From the NCBI GenBank assembly GCA_965243025.1, contig CBDETY010000003.1, positions 1,056,001 through 1,120,000 on the forward strand: DNA of 64,000 nt, in the 5' to 3' direction. A program made the translations under genes and the position numbers. This document shows, one piece after another, positions 9,658 to 19,688 of the stretch (position 1 is its first letter; each line of letters opens with the position of its first letter). Under the pieces are notes generated by a model, which made no database searches, had not been told where the DNA came from, and saw only the letters and a program-made list of their open reading frames with translations. The stretch comes from Candidatus Latescibacterota bacterium (lineage in GTDB: Bacteria > Latescibacterota > UBA2968 > UBA8231).

Positions 9658-10599
9658 ATGATAGATGAAAGACCGGAGAAAATCAGCGTCGTCGGCGCCG
9701 GGCTGATGGGCCACGGGATCGCCCTGCAGTTCGCCGTTGCCGGGTTCGAGGTGGCGCTCCACGACACAACCGGGGAACAGCTGCAGAAGGCGCTCGACGA
9801 CATACGGTCCGCCCTCGATTCCCTGCGGCAGCAGGGGATTGTCGACGCGGCCGCTGCCGGGGCTGCTCCCGGACGCATCCGCACCACCACCTCGCTGCCC
9901 GAGGCCGTTGCCGGAGCGAACCTCGTGGTCGAGGCGGTGTACGAGGACCTCCCGCTCAAGCAGCAGGTGTTCGCCGACCTCGACCGCCACTGCCCGCCGC
10001 CGGGGGTGCTGGCGAGCAACACCTCCTCGTTCATGACCAGCCAGCTCGCCTCCTCGACCCGGAATCCGGACCGGGTGGTGGTCGGCAACTGGTGGAACCC
10101 CCCCTACCTGGTGCCGCTCGTCGAGGTGGTGCGCGGGCCGCAGACGAGCGACGGGACCATCGCCAGTCTCCGCCGCCTGCTCGAGGCCGCGGGAAAGCGC
10201 CCCATCGTGCTGCAGAAGGAGTCGCTGGGGTTCATCGGCAACCGCATGCAGTTCGCGCTGCTGCGCGAGGCCCTGGCCATCGTCGACCGGGGGATCGCCA
10301 CCCCCGAGGACGTCGACGACGTCGTCAGGACCAGCTTCGGCCGCCGGCTCGCGGTAGCCGGCCCCCTCGAGGTGTTCGACTTCGCCGGTTGGGACACCAT
10401 CTCCCACATCATCGACGAGCTGTTTCCCGACCTCGACACCAGCCGGGAGAACTTCCCCGTGCTCAGGGAGATGGTCGCCCGCGGCGAGTTCGGGGTGAAA
10501 TCCGGGAAGGGGTTCTACGAGTGGGACGAGGAGAGGGTCGCGGCCCTGAAGCGCCGCCTGGCGCACGCCCTTTCCAGCATCGACCGGTTCCCGGAATGA
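9658..10599 (+). CDS. 3-hydroxyacyl-CoA dehydrogenase family protein
   Basis: VVGAGLMG, EAVYEDLPLK, ASNTS, NPPYLVPLVEVV, GFIGNR. Confidence 0.92.
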   Translation: MIDERPEKISVVGAGLMGHGIALQFAVAGFEVALHDTTGEQLQKALDDIRSALDSLRQQGIVDAAAAGAAPGRIRTTTSLPEAVAGANLVVEAVYEDLPLKQQVFADLDRHCPPPGVLASNTSSFMTSQLASSTRNPDRVVVGNWWNPPYLVPLVEVVRGPQTSDGTIASLRRLLEAAGKRPIVLQKESLGFIGNRMQFALLREALAIVDRGIATPEDVDDVVRTSFGRRLAVAGPLEVFDFAGWDTISHIIDELFPDLDTSRENFPVLREMVARGEFGVKSGKGFYEWDEERVAALKRRLAHALSSIDRFPE

Positions 10600-10627
10600 T
10601 CAGGCGACCGCCGACAGGAGCAGGAAC

Positions 10628-11056
10628 ATGATAAAAGCGTTGAACCACACCGGATTCGTCGTCCGCGACCGCGACGCCGCGGTCGCCTTCTACCGCGACG
10701 TGGTCGGACTGAGCCTGATCAGCGAGTACGGACGCCAGGGCCCCGGGGTCGACCAGGTCGTCGGGTACGAAGGGACCGAGCTGCGGTCGGCGGTTCTCGA
10801 CCTCGGGGGAGGACACATTCTCGAGCTGATCCAGTATCTCAGCCCGGCGCCGGCAGAGCGGCCCTCGGAGGAGCGGAACGTGCTGGGAGCCGCCCACCTC
10901 GCCTTCGAGGTGGAGGATATCGAGGAGACTTTCCGGCGCCTGGAGCGGGGCGGCGCCAGGGTGATGAACCCTCCTGCCGAGCTGGCGCCAGGCCGCGTCG
11001 GCTGCTACCTGCAGGACCCGGACGGCAACTGGCTGGAGCTGCTGCAGTTGGGATGA
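10628..11056 (+). CDS. VOC (glyoxalase) family protein
   Basis: LNHTGFVV, HLAFEV, DPDGNWLEL. Confidence 0.9.
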   Translation: MIKALNHTGFVVRDRDAAVAFYRDVVGLSLISEYGRQGPGVDQVVGYEGTELRSAVLDLGGGHILELIQYLSPAPAERPSEERNVLGAAHLAFEVEDIEETFRRLERGGARVMNPPAELAPGRVGCYLQDPDGNWLELLQLG

Positions 11057-11177
11057 GGGGGGAGCCAGGCTGCGCCGGCTTTGAATTCCGGGTGTGTCCC
11101 GGGCAATGCCGGGGCGGCGCCCCCGCAGGCATCCCGGGGGTTGATGCGCCGGCGCCGGGCGGCACCGGCGCGGGAAT

Positions 11178-11498
11178 TCAGCCTCCCGGGACCCGGTAGG
11201 CCACCCCCTTGTTCACCGCCTCGTCGATTGTCTCCGGTTCGATCAGCACGGTCACGGCGACGTCGAGAGCGCCGGCGGCCCCGATGTTGAGAGAGACGGC
11301 GGCTGCGGCCGCGTCATCGGCGAGGTCGGCGATCAGCAGGAGATCGTCGTCGCCGAAGGCGTAGTAGAAGCCGTCGAGGGTACCGCCCACTCCCTCGATG
11401 GTCTGCTTCAGGGCCTCCCGCCGCCCGGTGCCCCCCTCCCTGAGCAGGCCCTCGAGACCCGCCTTCGTGTACTTCGTGCGGAACAGGTATTTCGCCAT
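11178..11498 (-). CDS. GYD domain-containing protein
   Basis: MAKYLF..KYT..GL.GL..EGGTGR...GG.L.GFYYAFGDDD; AGGAG RBS upstream. Confidence 0.85.
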   Translation of the reverse strand: MAKYLFRTKYTKAGLEGLLREGGTGRREALKQTIEGVGGTLDGFYYAFGDDDLLLIADLADDAAAAAVSLNIGAAGALDVAVTVLIEPETIDEAVNKGVAYRVPGG

Positions 11499-11790
11499 GG
11501 TTTCTCTCCTTTCGGATAGCGGCTGATTCAGCGGCGGCTCCGCTCCTGGGACCGGACCGGACCGCCCTACGGATTGCAGGTAGTATATAAGGGGCTTGTT
11601 GACGGGAAAACCCCAGGCGGCCGGGATGTCCCCGTTACCGTAACGGGCAGAACCGGATCGAGAGGCTGGCCCGTTCGCCGCCCCTGACGGCCGGGGGAAG
11701 CCTGCGGGATCTCCAGGGAAACTCCCGCTCATCCAGGCACACGGCAGCACCGGCTGCCCGAGCGTGCAGGATTCGGGATGATTCCCGCCT

Positions 11791-12042
11791 CTACAGGATC
11801 AGCCGCATCACGTGCCTTCGGGTGCCGGCCCTTCCCACCGCGCGGAAACCCATCGCCTCGAAGGTGCCGACGAACCCCATGAAGCGGTAGCTCGGCGAGT
11901 CGGGGTCGACGGGATAGGCCTCGACCACCGCGGCCCCCTTCCGCCTGGCGTGCTCCACCGCGGCGGCGATCAGCTGCCTCGTCATCCCCTGGCCGCGGAG
12001 CCGGCGCGGCACGAAGAAGCAGGCGATGGACCAGACGCTTCC
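11791..12042 (-). pseudogene. GNAT acetyltransferase, C-terminal fragment only
   Basis: VWSIACFFVPRRLRGQG...VVEAYPVD...GF. The N-terminal half is absent; the upstream gene ends about 30 nt away. Confidence 0.7.
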
Positions 12043-12074
12043 GGGGCGGCCGGAAGGCGCAGGACGGGGAATCC

Positions 12075-12491
12075 CTACTCCTTGTGCTCGCAGTTGAACT
12101 GCCAGCCGATCCCGAACCTGTCCTTGCAGGAGCCGAAGTACGCCCCCCAGAACATGTCGGCTGGCGGCATGGTCACGGTCCCGCCCTCCGAGATCTTCGC
12201 GAACAGCTCGTCGGTCTGCTCACGGCTCCGGGTCTGACAGGAGATGGAGAAGTTGTTCCCCATGTCCGCCGGCCCGTAGTTCGACGGGACGTCGCTACCC
12301 ATCAGCACGCTGCTTCCGATGGGGAGGGAGACGTGCATGATGTTGTCCCGCTCCGCCTCGGGGACCTCGAAATCGTCCGGTCCGTTGGCGAAGGTGTCGA
12401 TGAACAGGAACTCACCCCCGAATACCGAGCGGTAGAACTCGAAGGCTTCCCTGCAGTTGCCGTTGAAGTGGAGATAGGTGTTGAGGGTCAT
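12075..12491 (-). CDS. PhnB-like VOC family protein
   Basis: YLHFNGNCREAFEFY..VFGG, IMHVSL, FWGAYFG..DRFGIGW. Confidence 0.92.
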   Translation of the reverse strand: MTLNTYLHFNGNCREAFEFYRSVFGGEFLFIDTFANGPDDFEVPEAERDNIMHVSLPIGSSVLMGSDVPSNYGPADMGNNFSISCQTRSREQTDELFAKISEGGTVTMPPADMFWGAYFGSCKDRFGIGWQFNCEHKE

Positions 12492-12577
12492 GTATTCTTT
12501 GCCTCCCTGGCTGGTTGTGAATCGAGGCGCCCAATTTATCCCTGAGCTCGAAGCCTCGTCTTGTTGTTGCCCAAGTG

Positions 12578-13414
12578 TCAGGCCGCCCTTCGCCTGACAA
12601 CTGCGATAATGTGAGTACCCCCGTCGATTGCTCCTGGCTCCTGGCAGTACTCGGTCTCCCAGCGCAGGAACCAGTCGAAAAGTTCCGGATCTTGTTCGAA
12701 GGCAGTTAAGGTCCCTTCGTTCCGAATTGCCAGGAAATTCGCCGCGGACTTCCCGACTACTTCGCATTCTTGCGTGTTCAACAAAGTTTCCAAATCCCTC
12801 CAGCGATACATGCGACACCTGTTGCCTCGCGAAGTGGGCCCGTATAGATCTCCGGTTTCAAGCTCTCTGTCGAGGCTTTCCCGTCCGAATTCCTCGATCA
12901 GGTCGGGGAACTTGGAGAGCAACGCCCCAGCGCTGCCAACCAGGGACATTACGCTGGCCAATACATAACCGCCCGGTTTCGTAACGCGAACGAGTTCTGC
13001 GAGTGCGGTTCCGGCCTGGTCCATCACGTGGCTCAATCCGCCGCCGTAGCAGACCGTTGCATCGAATGCGGCGTCGGGGAATTCGCGCAGGTCGACGATG
13101 TCCGCGAGGTAACGTCCAGAGACGTTGGGTTCGAATCCTGCTTCGCCCAGCTTTTGCCGGTTCAGTTCCAGCTGCACCGGTGATATATCGACTACCGTGA
13201 TAGTCGCCCCGATTCGCGCAAGCTCGATAGTGAAACGTCCTGGCCCAGCCCCAGCGTCGAGCACGTTATCGCCGGTTTTGACGAACTGCTGAAGGTGGTG
13301 CAGATGGACGCGAAAGTTGACCCGGTCCGCCGCACTCCGCTCGAACCGTTCCCATTCGCGTTCTCCAAAGTCGTCGTAGAAGGAACTTATGTAATGGGGA
13401 TCGTAATTTGCCAT
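12578..13414 (-). CDS. Class I SAM-dependent methyltransferase
   Basis: VLDAGAGPG, FPDAAFD, RVTKPGG. Confidence 0.9.
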   Translation of the reverse strand: MANYDPHYISSFYDDFGEREWERFERSAADRVNFRVHLHHLQQFVKTGDNVLDAGAGPGRFTIELARIGATITVVDISPVQLELNRQKLGEAGFEPNVSGRYLADIVDLREFPDAAFDATVCYGGGLSHVMDQAGTALAELVRVTKPGGYVLASVMSLVGSAGALLSKFPDLIEEFGRESLDRELETGDLYGPTSRGNRCRMYRWRDLETLLNTQECEVVGKSAANFLAIRNEGTLTAFEQDPELFDWFLRWETEYCQEPGAIDGGTHIIAVVRRRAA

Positions 13415-13425
13415 CGTACCCAGAG

Positions 13426-13728
13426 TCAGGAGGTTCTGGCGCCGAGTTCTTCCTGAACGATTGACGGCCGCTTTTCAATCAGGGCCAGAAGCACGCGCGC
13501 CGGCCCCTCCGGACGCCTCCGCCCCTGCTCCCAATTCTTGAGAGTGCCCAGCGCAACACCGATGCTCTTGGCAAAGGCGAGCTGCGACAATCCCGTCTTT
13601 CCCCGGATGGCCGCTACATCCGGTTCGGGCACTTCAACTCCATGCACCGCGAACCCCTCCCGCTCTCCGTTGAAGTAGGCGCGGGCGTCCCCAAGCCCGG
13701 CCAGGATCTTGTCGTATGCCTTGCTCAT
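13426..13728 (-). CDS. higA: Xre/HigA-type HTH antitoxin
   Basis: IR.KTGLSQ..FA..IGV..GTL.NWEQGRRRPEGPA. Confidence 0.88.
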   Translation of the reverse strand: MSKAYDKILAGLGDARAYFNGEREGFAVHGVEVPEPDVAAIRGKTGLSQLAFAKSIGVALGTLKNWEQGRRRPEGPARVLLALIEKRPSIVQEELGARTS

Positions 13729-14069
13729 CTAGGCCTCCTGTAATCTTGGACTATCTGTTTTGCGGCAGAGATCAGCGCTTTTCGTTCCCCGGTGCTGAGA
13801 TTCGCTTTCTCGTTCCTGGCGAAGACAGTAAGCAAGAATACGGGAATGTCTGTGCCGGAGAATAGGAACACCACGCGCGCCCCACCTCGTTTTCCAGTTC
13901 CTTGACGGGCGATCCGCAGTTTTCGGAGCCCGCCACCGAGCCCCACTCCTGCCTCGGGATTCTCGGCCACCGTATTGACGACCTTAGACCGATCGGTTTC
14001 GGAGAGAACACCCTTGGCCGCGGCAAGGTAAGCGGGCGTCTCGACGACAGTCTGCAGGCAGGTGCGCAT
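13725..14069 (-). CDS. higB: RelE/HigB-family toxin
   Basis: NPEAG..GGGLRKLR.A..G.GKRGGARV..F, FARNEKANLS; toxin-first order with 4-nt overlap. Confidence 0.88.
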   Translation of the reverse strand: MRTCLQTVVETPAYLAAAKGVLSETDRSKVVNTVAENPEAGVGLGGGLRKLRIARQGTGKRGGARVVFLFSGTDIPVFLLTVFARNEKANLSTGERKALISAAKQIVQDYRRPR

Positions 14070-14077
14070 GCTAACTC

Positions 14078-14106
14078 AATAAAGGCGCCATTGGCGCCTC
14101 CGTCAA
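14078..14106 (-). promoter_or_regulatory. Sigma70-like promoter with palindromic operator for higBA
   Basis: TTGACG-17 nt-TTTATT; perfect inverted repeat AGGCGCCA-T-TGGCGCCT (14083-14099) in the spacer. Confidence 0.65.
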
Positions 14107-14293
14107 CGACAAGCCGTGCCGGTCCCGGAGGAAGCCGGCGGCCTCGGTGTCCCGCCCTGCCGCGCTGCTCCCCGGCGGGGGTTGACCCCGGCGCCCCCGG
14201 TTCTCAACGTTCCGCAAGGGCAACCGGAACCCCCCGCTCCCTCGTAAGCGGAGGCCCATTTTTCACCCAACTCACAGGAGACAGGCAGGGACC

Positions 14294-15703
14294 ATGGCAG
14301 ACACGGACACCGTTTTCAAGATGATCAGCGACCGCGACGTAGAGTTCGTCGACCTCCGCTTCACCGACCCCAGGGGGCGCTGGCACCACGTGACCATGAC
14401 CGCCGACGCGTTCGACGAGGACGCGTTCGAGGACGGGGTCATGTTCGACGGCTCCTCCATCAACGGGTGGAAGAGCATCGACCAGTCCGACATGGCCCTG
14501 CTCCCGGATGCTGCCACCGCGGGGCTCGACCCGTTCATGGCGGACCCGACCCTGTACCTCATCTGCAACGTGCACGAGCCGACCACCGGCGAGCGCTACT
14601 CGCGCTGCCCCCGGTGCACGGCCCGGGACGCCGAGGCGCACCTGCAGTTCTCGGGGATCGGCGACACCGCGTATTTCGGTCCCGAACCGGAGTTCTTCCT
14701 GTTCGACGACGTGCGCTTCGGGGTCGAGGCCAACCACACCTTCTACGCGGTGGACGATGCCGAAGGTCCCTACAACCGGGGGCGGGAGTTCGAGGGGGGC
14801 AACAAGGGCCACCGGCCGCGGACCAAGGGAGGCTACTTCCCCCTGCCGCCAGTCGACTCCGCCCAGGACATCCGCGCCGACATGCTCAAGGCCCTTGGCC
14901 ACGCCGGCGTCTCCGTCGAGAAGCACCACCACGAGGTCGCCGCCAGCCAGCACGAGCTGGGCATAGAGTTCGCGCCCCTGACGGTCATGGGGGACAAGCT
15001 CCAGGTCTTCCGTTACGTGGTCCTCAACGTCGCCGGCCGCCACGGCAAGTCGGCGACCTTCATGCCCAAGCCGGTGACCGGCGACAACGGCTCCGGCATG
15101 CACACGAACCAGTCGCTGTGGAAGGAGGGCGAGACCCTGTTCTCCGGGTCGGGCTACGCCGACCTGTCCGACACCGCCCTCCACTACATAGCGGGCATCA
15201 TGAAGCACGCCCGCGCCCTCAACGCCTTCACGAATCCCAGCACCAACAGCTACAAGCGCCTGGTGCCCGGCTTCGAGGCGCCCGTGCTGCTGGCCTACTC
15301 GGCCCAGAACCGGTCCGCCTCCTGCCGGATTCCCCACTCCGCTTCGCCGCGGGCCAAGCGCGTCGAGATCCGCTTCCCGGACGCCACCGCCAACCCCTAC
15401 CTCGCCTTCGCCGCCTTGCTCATGGCCGGCCTGGACGGCATCGAGAACCGCATCGATCCGGGTCCTCCGATGGACAAGGACCTCTACGCCCTGCCGCCCG
15501 AAGAGCTGAAGGACATCCCCACGGTGGCCCATTCCCTGCGCGACGCCCTGGAGGCGCTCGACGCCGACCACGAGTTCCTGACGCGGGGGGACGTGTTCAC
15601 CAGGGACCAGATCGACGCCTACATCGAGCTCAAGGAGGAGGAGGTCGTGCGCTTCGAGCAGGCCCCCCACCCGGTCGAGTTCGACATGTACTACTCCCTC
15701 TGA
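14294..15703 (+). CDS. glnA: Type I glutamine synthetase
   Basis: FDGSS, HHHEVA..QHE, MPKP...[28 protein letters not shown]-like motif, adenylylation loop KDLY. Confidence 0.98.
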   Translation: MADTDTVFKMISDRDVEFVDLRFTDPRGRWHHVTMTADAFDEDAFEDGVMFDGSSINGWKSIDQSDMALLPDAATAGLDPFMADPTLYLICNVHEPTTGERYSRCPRCTARDAEAHLQFSGIGDTAYFGPEPEFFLFDDVRFGVEANHTFYAVDDAEGPYNRGREFEGGNKGHRPRTKGGYFPLPPVDSAQDIRADMLKALGHAGVSVEKHHHEVAASQHELGIEFAPLTVMGDKLQVFRYVVLNVAGRHGKSATFMPKPVTGDNGSGMHTNQSLWKEGETLFSGSGYADLSDTALHYIAGIMKHARALNAFTNPSTNSYKRLVPGFEAPVLLAYSAQNRSASCRIPHSASPRAKRVEIRFPDATANPYLAFAALLMAGLDGIENRIDPGPPMDKDLYALPPEELKDIPTVAHSLRDALEALDADHEFLTRGDVFTRDQIDAYIELKEEEVVRFEQAPHPVEFDMYYSL

Positions 15704-15726
15704 GGCGCCGGCGGCCGGAGTTTCCC

Positions 15727-18717
15727 GTGGAGTCTGCGAGCGTTCTGGCAACCGCGGCCCGGGCCCCGGGGTTCGACGACCTCCGGGGGCACAGGCAGGA
15801 CCAGGCCGCCTCGGGAATCGAACGGCTTGGGGAAGCTGCCGCCGGCGCCGGCAGGGACGCCCTCGGCGAGTCCCTGGAAACCCCCGAGGCCAGGGTCTTC
15901 TTCTCCTTCCTCTTCGGGAACAGTCCCTACCTCGGACGGCTCCTCCTGCGCGACCTGGAGTTCACCGAGTCTCTGGTTGCCGAGACCCCGGAGGCGGTCA
16001 CCCGGGGGCTGCGGAACGAGCTTGCCGCGGCGGACCCGGGGATGGACCGCGACCGGCTGATGGCCTTCCTGCGGTCCCGGCGCAGCCGCGTCGCCGTGGT
16101 CGCGGCGGTCTACGACTGCTTCGGCATCTGCGGCGTCATGGAGTGCGCCGAGCTGCTGTCCGACATGGCCGACCACGCCGTGCGCCTGGCGGTCTCCCAC
16201 CTGCTGCTGGGCAGGGTCGAGCGCGGCGACCTCGAGCCGCCGGAAGGGTGCGAGCCCGGGGCCCCGGACGGGAACTGGGGATACTTCGTCCTCGCCATGG
16301 GCAAGCACGGTTCCCGCGAGCTCAACTACTCCTCCGACATCGACCTCGTCGTCCTCTACGACCCCGCCTCCGTCCGCTACACGGGGCGGAAGACCCCGGG
16401 AGACTGTTTCGTGCGGGTCACCCGCGACCTGGTGAGCATCCTCCAGTCCCGCACCGGCGACGGCTACGTCTTCCGCACCGACCTCCGGCTGCGCCCCGAC
16501 CCCTCCTCCACCCCCACGGCCATCGCCGTCGACTTCGCCCTCGACTACTACCTCCGCTTCGGGCGCACCTGGGAGCGGACCGCCTTCATCAAGGCGCGTC
16601 CGGTTGCCGGAGACCTCGGCGCGGGAGCGGCCTTCCTCGAGCGGCTGTCGCCGTTCATCTGGGACGAGGGGCTCGACTTCACCTCGGTCGAGGAGATCCG
16701 CTCCATGAGCCAGCAGATCCACGACTTCCACGGCCACGGCGCGGTGACTGCCGCGGGCCACGACGTCAAGCTGGGGCGGGGCGGCATCCGCGAGATCGAG
16801 TTCTTCGTGCACATGCACCAGCTGGCGTACGGGGGGCGCAGCCCCCGCCTGCGGGGTCCGCGGCTGCTGGCCATGCTGGAGGTCCTCGACGGCGAACACC
16901 ACGTCCTGCCGGCGGAGGCGGCCGCATTGCGCGGGGCCTACCTGCTGCTGCGGCGCGTCGAGCACCGCCTGCAGATGGTCAACGACGACCAGACGCAGAC
17001 GCTGCCGGAGTCGGCCGACGGGTTGGAGCACGTCGCCGCCTTCATGGGTCTGGCCTCGGCCGGGCAGCTCGAAGGCCTGGTAGAGAAGGCCTGCGGCGAG
17101 GTCCACGATCTCTACCGCACCCGCTTCAACGTCCCGGAGAGCGAGCAGGACGTCACCGCGGTGGTCCTGGACGGGCCGGAGGGAAAGGAGAATCCCGACG
17201 CCGTTGAACAGCTCAAGGCCGCGGGGTTCGCGCGGGCGCAAACGGCCATCGAGGTCTTCCGGGGATGGGCGGAGGGCCGCCACGCCTCGACCGCTTCGGA
17301 GCGGGCGCGCGCCATCGTCCGCGAGATCCTGCACGAGATCATCGAGGCCCTCGGCAGGACCCCGGACCCGGACCGCGCCCTGGCGCGCATGGACAAGTTC
17401 CTCGAGACGCTCCCGGAGGACGTCTCCCTGTTTTCCATGCTCAGGGCCAACACCTGGCTGCTCAACCTCGTCACCGCGGTCATGGGCAGCGCGCCGCGCA
17501 TCGCCGACACCCTCGGCGGCAACCCCCGGCTCCTGAAAGCCGTCATCGAGCCTTCCTTCTTCCTGCCGATCCCGGACAGGCAGTCCCTGTCCGAAGAGCT
17601 GGGCGAGCGCCTGCACGGGGAGCGGGACCCGGAGAAGCGGCTGCGGCAGGTGGCCGGCTGGGCCGGGGACCGCCGTTTCCAGGTGGGGGTCCAGTCCCTG
17701 CAGAATCTCGTCACGGTGGACGAAGCCTCCGCCTCCCTCACTCACGTAGCCGAGGCCGTCGTCGAGGTGCTGTTCGCCGACGTGCTCGCCGAGCTGCAGG
17801 AACATCACGGCCGGGTGCCGGGCGGGGGATGCGCGGTGGTGGCCATGGGCAAGCTCGGGGCCGGGGAACTGACCTTCGAGTCCGACCTGGACCTCCTCTT
17901 CGTGGCGGACGTGCCGGAGGACCGGGAGCAGACGACGGGTCCCGCAGCGATCGAAGCGGGGCGCTTCTACGGGCGCGCCGCCCAGCGCCTGATTGCCGCG
18001 CTGCGCAGCCGCTCGCCCTCCGGCAGGCTCTACGAGGTCGACATGCGCCTGCGGCCCTCCGGCGACAGCGGCCCCCTGGTGACGACACTCGGGGCGTTCC
18101 GGGAATACCACGCCTCGGCGGCCTGGACGTGGGAGCAGATGTCCCTGACGAGGGCCCGCGTGGTCTGCGGCGACGCGGCCACGGCCGCAGCCGTCGCCGG
18201 GGAGATCAGGGGCATCCTCGTCCGCCCCCGGGACCCGGAACCGCTGCTCGAGGACGTGGCGCGGATGCGCGACAGGATCGCCGCCGAGTACCCGCCGGGC
18301 GACCCGTTCGACCTGAAGTACGCGCGCGGCGGGCTCGTCGACCTCGAGTTCATCGCCCAGTACCTCCAGCTGCTGCACGCGCACGGGCACCCCGGGGTGC
18401 TGGCCGGCGGGACCGCGGCCTGTTTCGAGGCCCTGGCCGGGGCCGGCGTCCTGCCGCAGGAGGAGGCGCGCATCCTCGCCGCCGCGGTGCGCATGCAGCG
18501 CACCGTTCAGGCCCTGCTCAGGCTGACGTGGAACGAGGAATCCCCGGTGCGCGAGGCCCCCGAACCGCTGCGCGCAAAGCTGGCGGCCGCCCTGGAGTGC
18601 GAGGGCTTCGGGGAACTGGAGGGGAAGCTGAGAGGCACCCAGGAGCAGGCGTTCGACCTGTACCGGCGCTGCATCGGCCGGCCTGCGATGGGCGCGGGCA
18701 AGCAGGAGGGAGGGTGA
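15727..18717 (+). CDS. glnE: Glutamine synthetase adenylyltransferase/deadenylase
   Basis: Two NTase domains (MGKHGSRELNYSSDIDL; MGKLGAGELTFESDLDL), DLRLRPDP, KLGRGGIREIEF; GTG start chosen just after glnA. Confidence 0.95.
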   Translation: MESASVLATAARAPGFDDLRGHRQDQAASGIERLGEAAAGAGRDALGESLETPEARVFFSFLFGNSPYLGRLLLRDLEFTESLVAETPEAVTRGLRNELAAADPGMDRDRLMAFLRSRRSRVAVVAAVYDCFGICGVMECAELLSDMADHAVRLAVSHLLLGRVERGDLEPPEGCEPGAPDGNWGYFVLAMGKHGSRELNYSSDIDLVVLYDPASVRYTGRKTPGDCFVRVTRDLVSILQSRTGDGYVFRTDLRLRPDPSSTPTAIAVDFALDYYLRFGRTWERTAFIKARPVAGDLGAGAAFLERLSPFIWDEGLDFTSVEEIRSMSQQIHDFHGHGAVTAAGHDVKLGRGGIREIEFFVHMHQLAYGGRSPRLRGPRLLAMLEVLDGEHHVLPAEAAALRGAYLLLRRVEHRLQMVNDDQTQTLPESADGLEHVAAFMGLASAGQLEGLVEKACGEVHDLYRTRFNVPESEQDVTAVVLDGPEGKENPDAVEQLKAAGFARAQTAIEVFRGWAEGRHASTASERARAIVREILHEIIEALGRTPDPDRALARMDKFLETLPEDVSLFSMLRANTWLLNLVTAVMGSAPRIADTLGGNPRLLKAVIEPSFFLPIPDRQSLSEELGERLHGERDPEKRLRQVAGWAGDRRFQVGVQSLQNLVTVDEASASLTHVAEAVVEVLFADVLAELQEHHGRVPGGGCAVVAMGKLGAGELTFESDLDLLFVADVPEDREQTTGPAAIEAGRFYGRAAQRLIAALRSRSPSGRLYEVDMRLRPSGDSGPLVTTLGAFREYHASAAWTWEQMSLTRARVVCGDAATAAAVAGEIRGILVRPRDPEPLLEDVARMRDRIAAEYPPGDPFDLKYARGGLVDLEFIAQYLQLLHAHGHPGVLAGGTAACFEALAGAGVLPQEEARILAAAVRMQRTVQALLRLTWNEESPVREAPEPLRAKLAAALECEGFGELEGKLRGTQEQAFDLYRRCIGRPAMGAGKQEGG

Positions 18718-18802
18718 CCGGGGGGCGCCGGGAGAGGCGCGGGCAGGGAGCTTCCGTGGAATTTGCCATCTTCGAAACAAACCTCGATCGAGGAGGAAGA
18801 AC

Positions 18803-19687
18803 GTGCTGAGGGAGCATCAGGTGCAGGAGTTCGAGCGCAACGGTTTCATCAACGCCGGGAAGGCGCTGTCGCTCGGGGAGGTCGACGAGCTCGGGGCCGA
18901 GCTCGACCGCGTTCTCGACATCGGCCCGGACGGGTTCGCCCCGGGCGAGCCGCAGCCGGTCTCCTTCCGCGACATGGGGGGCAAGACCGGCGGGGTCAGC
19001 GAGCATCCCGTGTGGCAGATCGTCAACATCTGGGAAGCCTCCGACGCATTCCGGCGGCTGCTGTCACACCCGTTCCTCGTCAAGGCGGTGAGCCGGCTGA
19101 CCGGCCATCCCGACCTGATGGTGTGGCACGACCAGATCCAGTACAAGCCGGCCTCGAGCGGCGGCTCGACCAGATGGCACCAGGATGCGCCGCTGTGGCC
19201 GATCATCAAGCCGATGACCCCGGTGTCGGCCTGGGTGCCGCTCGACGACGCCGACGAGGAGAACGGCTGCATGTGGATGGTCCCGGGAAGCTTCCGCTGG
19301 GGCAACCAGATCGATTTCCTGCGCACCCAGCACGGGCTGACTCAGCTCGGCGAGTTCGGCGATCTCGAGGGGTTCACGCCGCCGGCCGGGGCGGAGGTCT
19401 CCGAGGTCAGGCCGAGGCCGCTGCCGGTCATGCGCGGGGAGGTCTCCTTCCACCATAGCCTCAACTGGCACGGGTCGCCGTTCAACCGGTCGCCGCGGCC
19501 GCGGCGGGCCATTGCCATCCACTACATGACCGGGGACGCGGTCTTCGACGCGAGCGGGCAGCACCTTATGAAGCGGTTCGTCGAGGTGGCCGACGGGGGG
19601 CCGATGAGCGCGGCCGGCCCCCATTTCCCGACGGTCTGCAGGGCGGGGGAACCGGTGCCGGTCACTGCGCCTGCGGGGGAGGCGTGA
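18803..19687 (+). CDS. PhyH family dioxygenase
   Basis: WHQD, ENGCM..VPGS, HH...WHGS..N. Confidence 0.9.
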   Translation: MLREHQVQEFERNGFINAGKALSLGEVDELGAELDRVLDIGPDGFAPGEPQPVSFRDMGGKTGGVSEHPVWQIVNIWEASDAFRRLLSHPFLVKAVSRLTGHPDLMVWHDQIQYKPASSGGSTRWHQDAPLWPIIKPMTPVSAWVPLDDADEENGCMWMVPGSFRWGNQIDFLRTQHGLTQLGEFGDLEGFTPPAGAEVSEVRPRPLPVMRGEVSFHHSLNWHGSPFNRSPRPRRAIAIHYMTGDAVFDASGQHLMKRFVEVADGGPMSAAGPHFPTVCRAGEPVPVTAPAGEA

Positions 19688-19688
19688 A

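Noticed and set aside
14185-14265. Possible glutamine riboswitch upstream of glnA
   Set aside because: Small hairpins exist, but I could not match the known glnA motif consensus; an Rfam scan is needed.
14467-15726. 1416-aa GlnE with a long N-terminal extension; similar apparent extensions at 4212-6098, 26562-28934 and 51564-53042
   Set aside because: The extensions are low-complexity alternative-frame read-through of the upstream genes; starts were reassigned.
15691-18780. Long antisense and alternative-frame ORFs (e.g. 1029 aa here; also 154-1374, 23741-25834, 35233-37482, 41508-44003)
   Set aside because: Shadow ORFs typical of high-GC DNA; they overlap well-supported genes and have no motifs.
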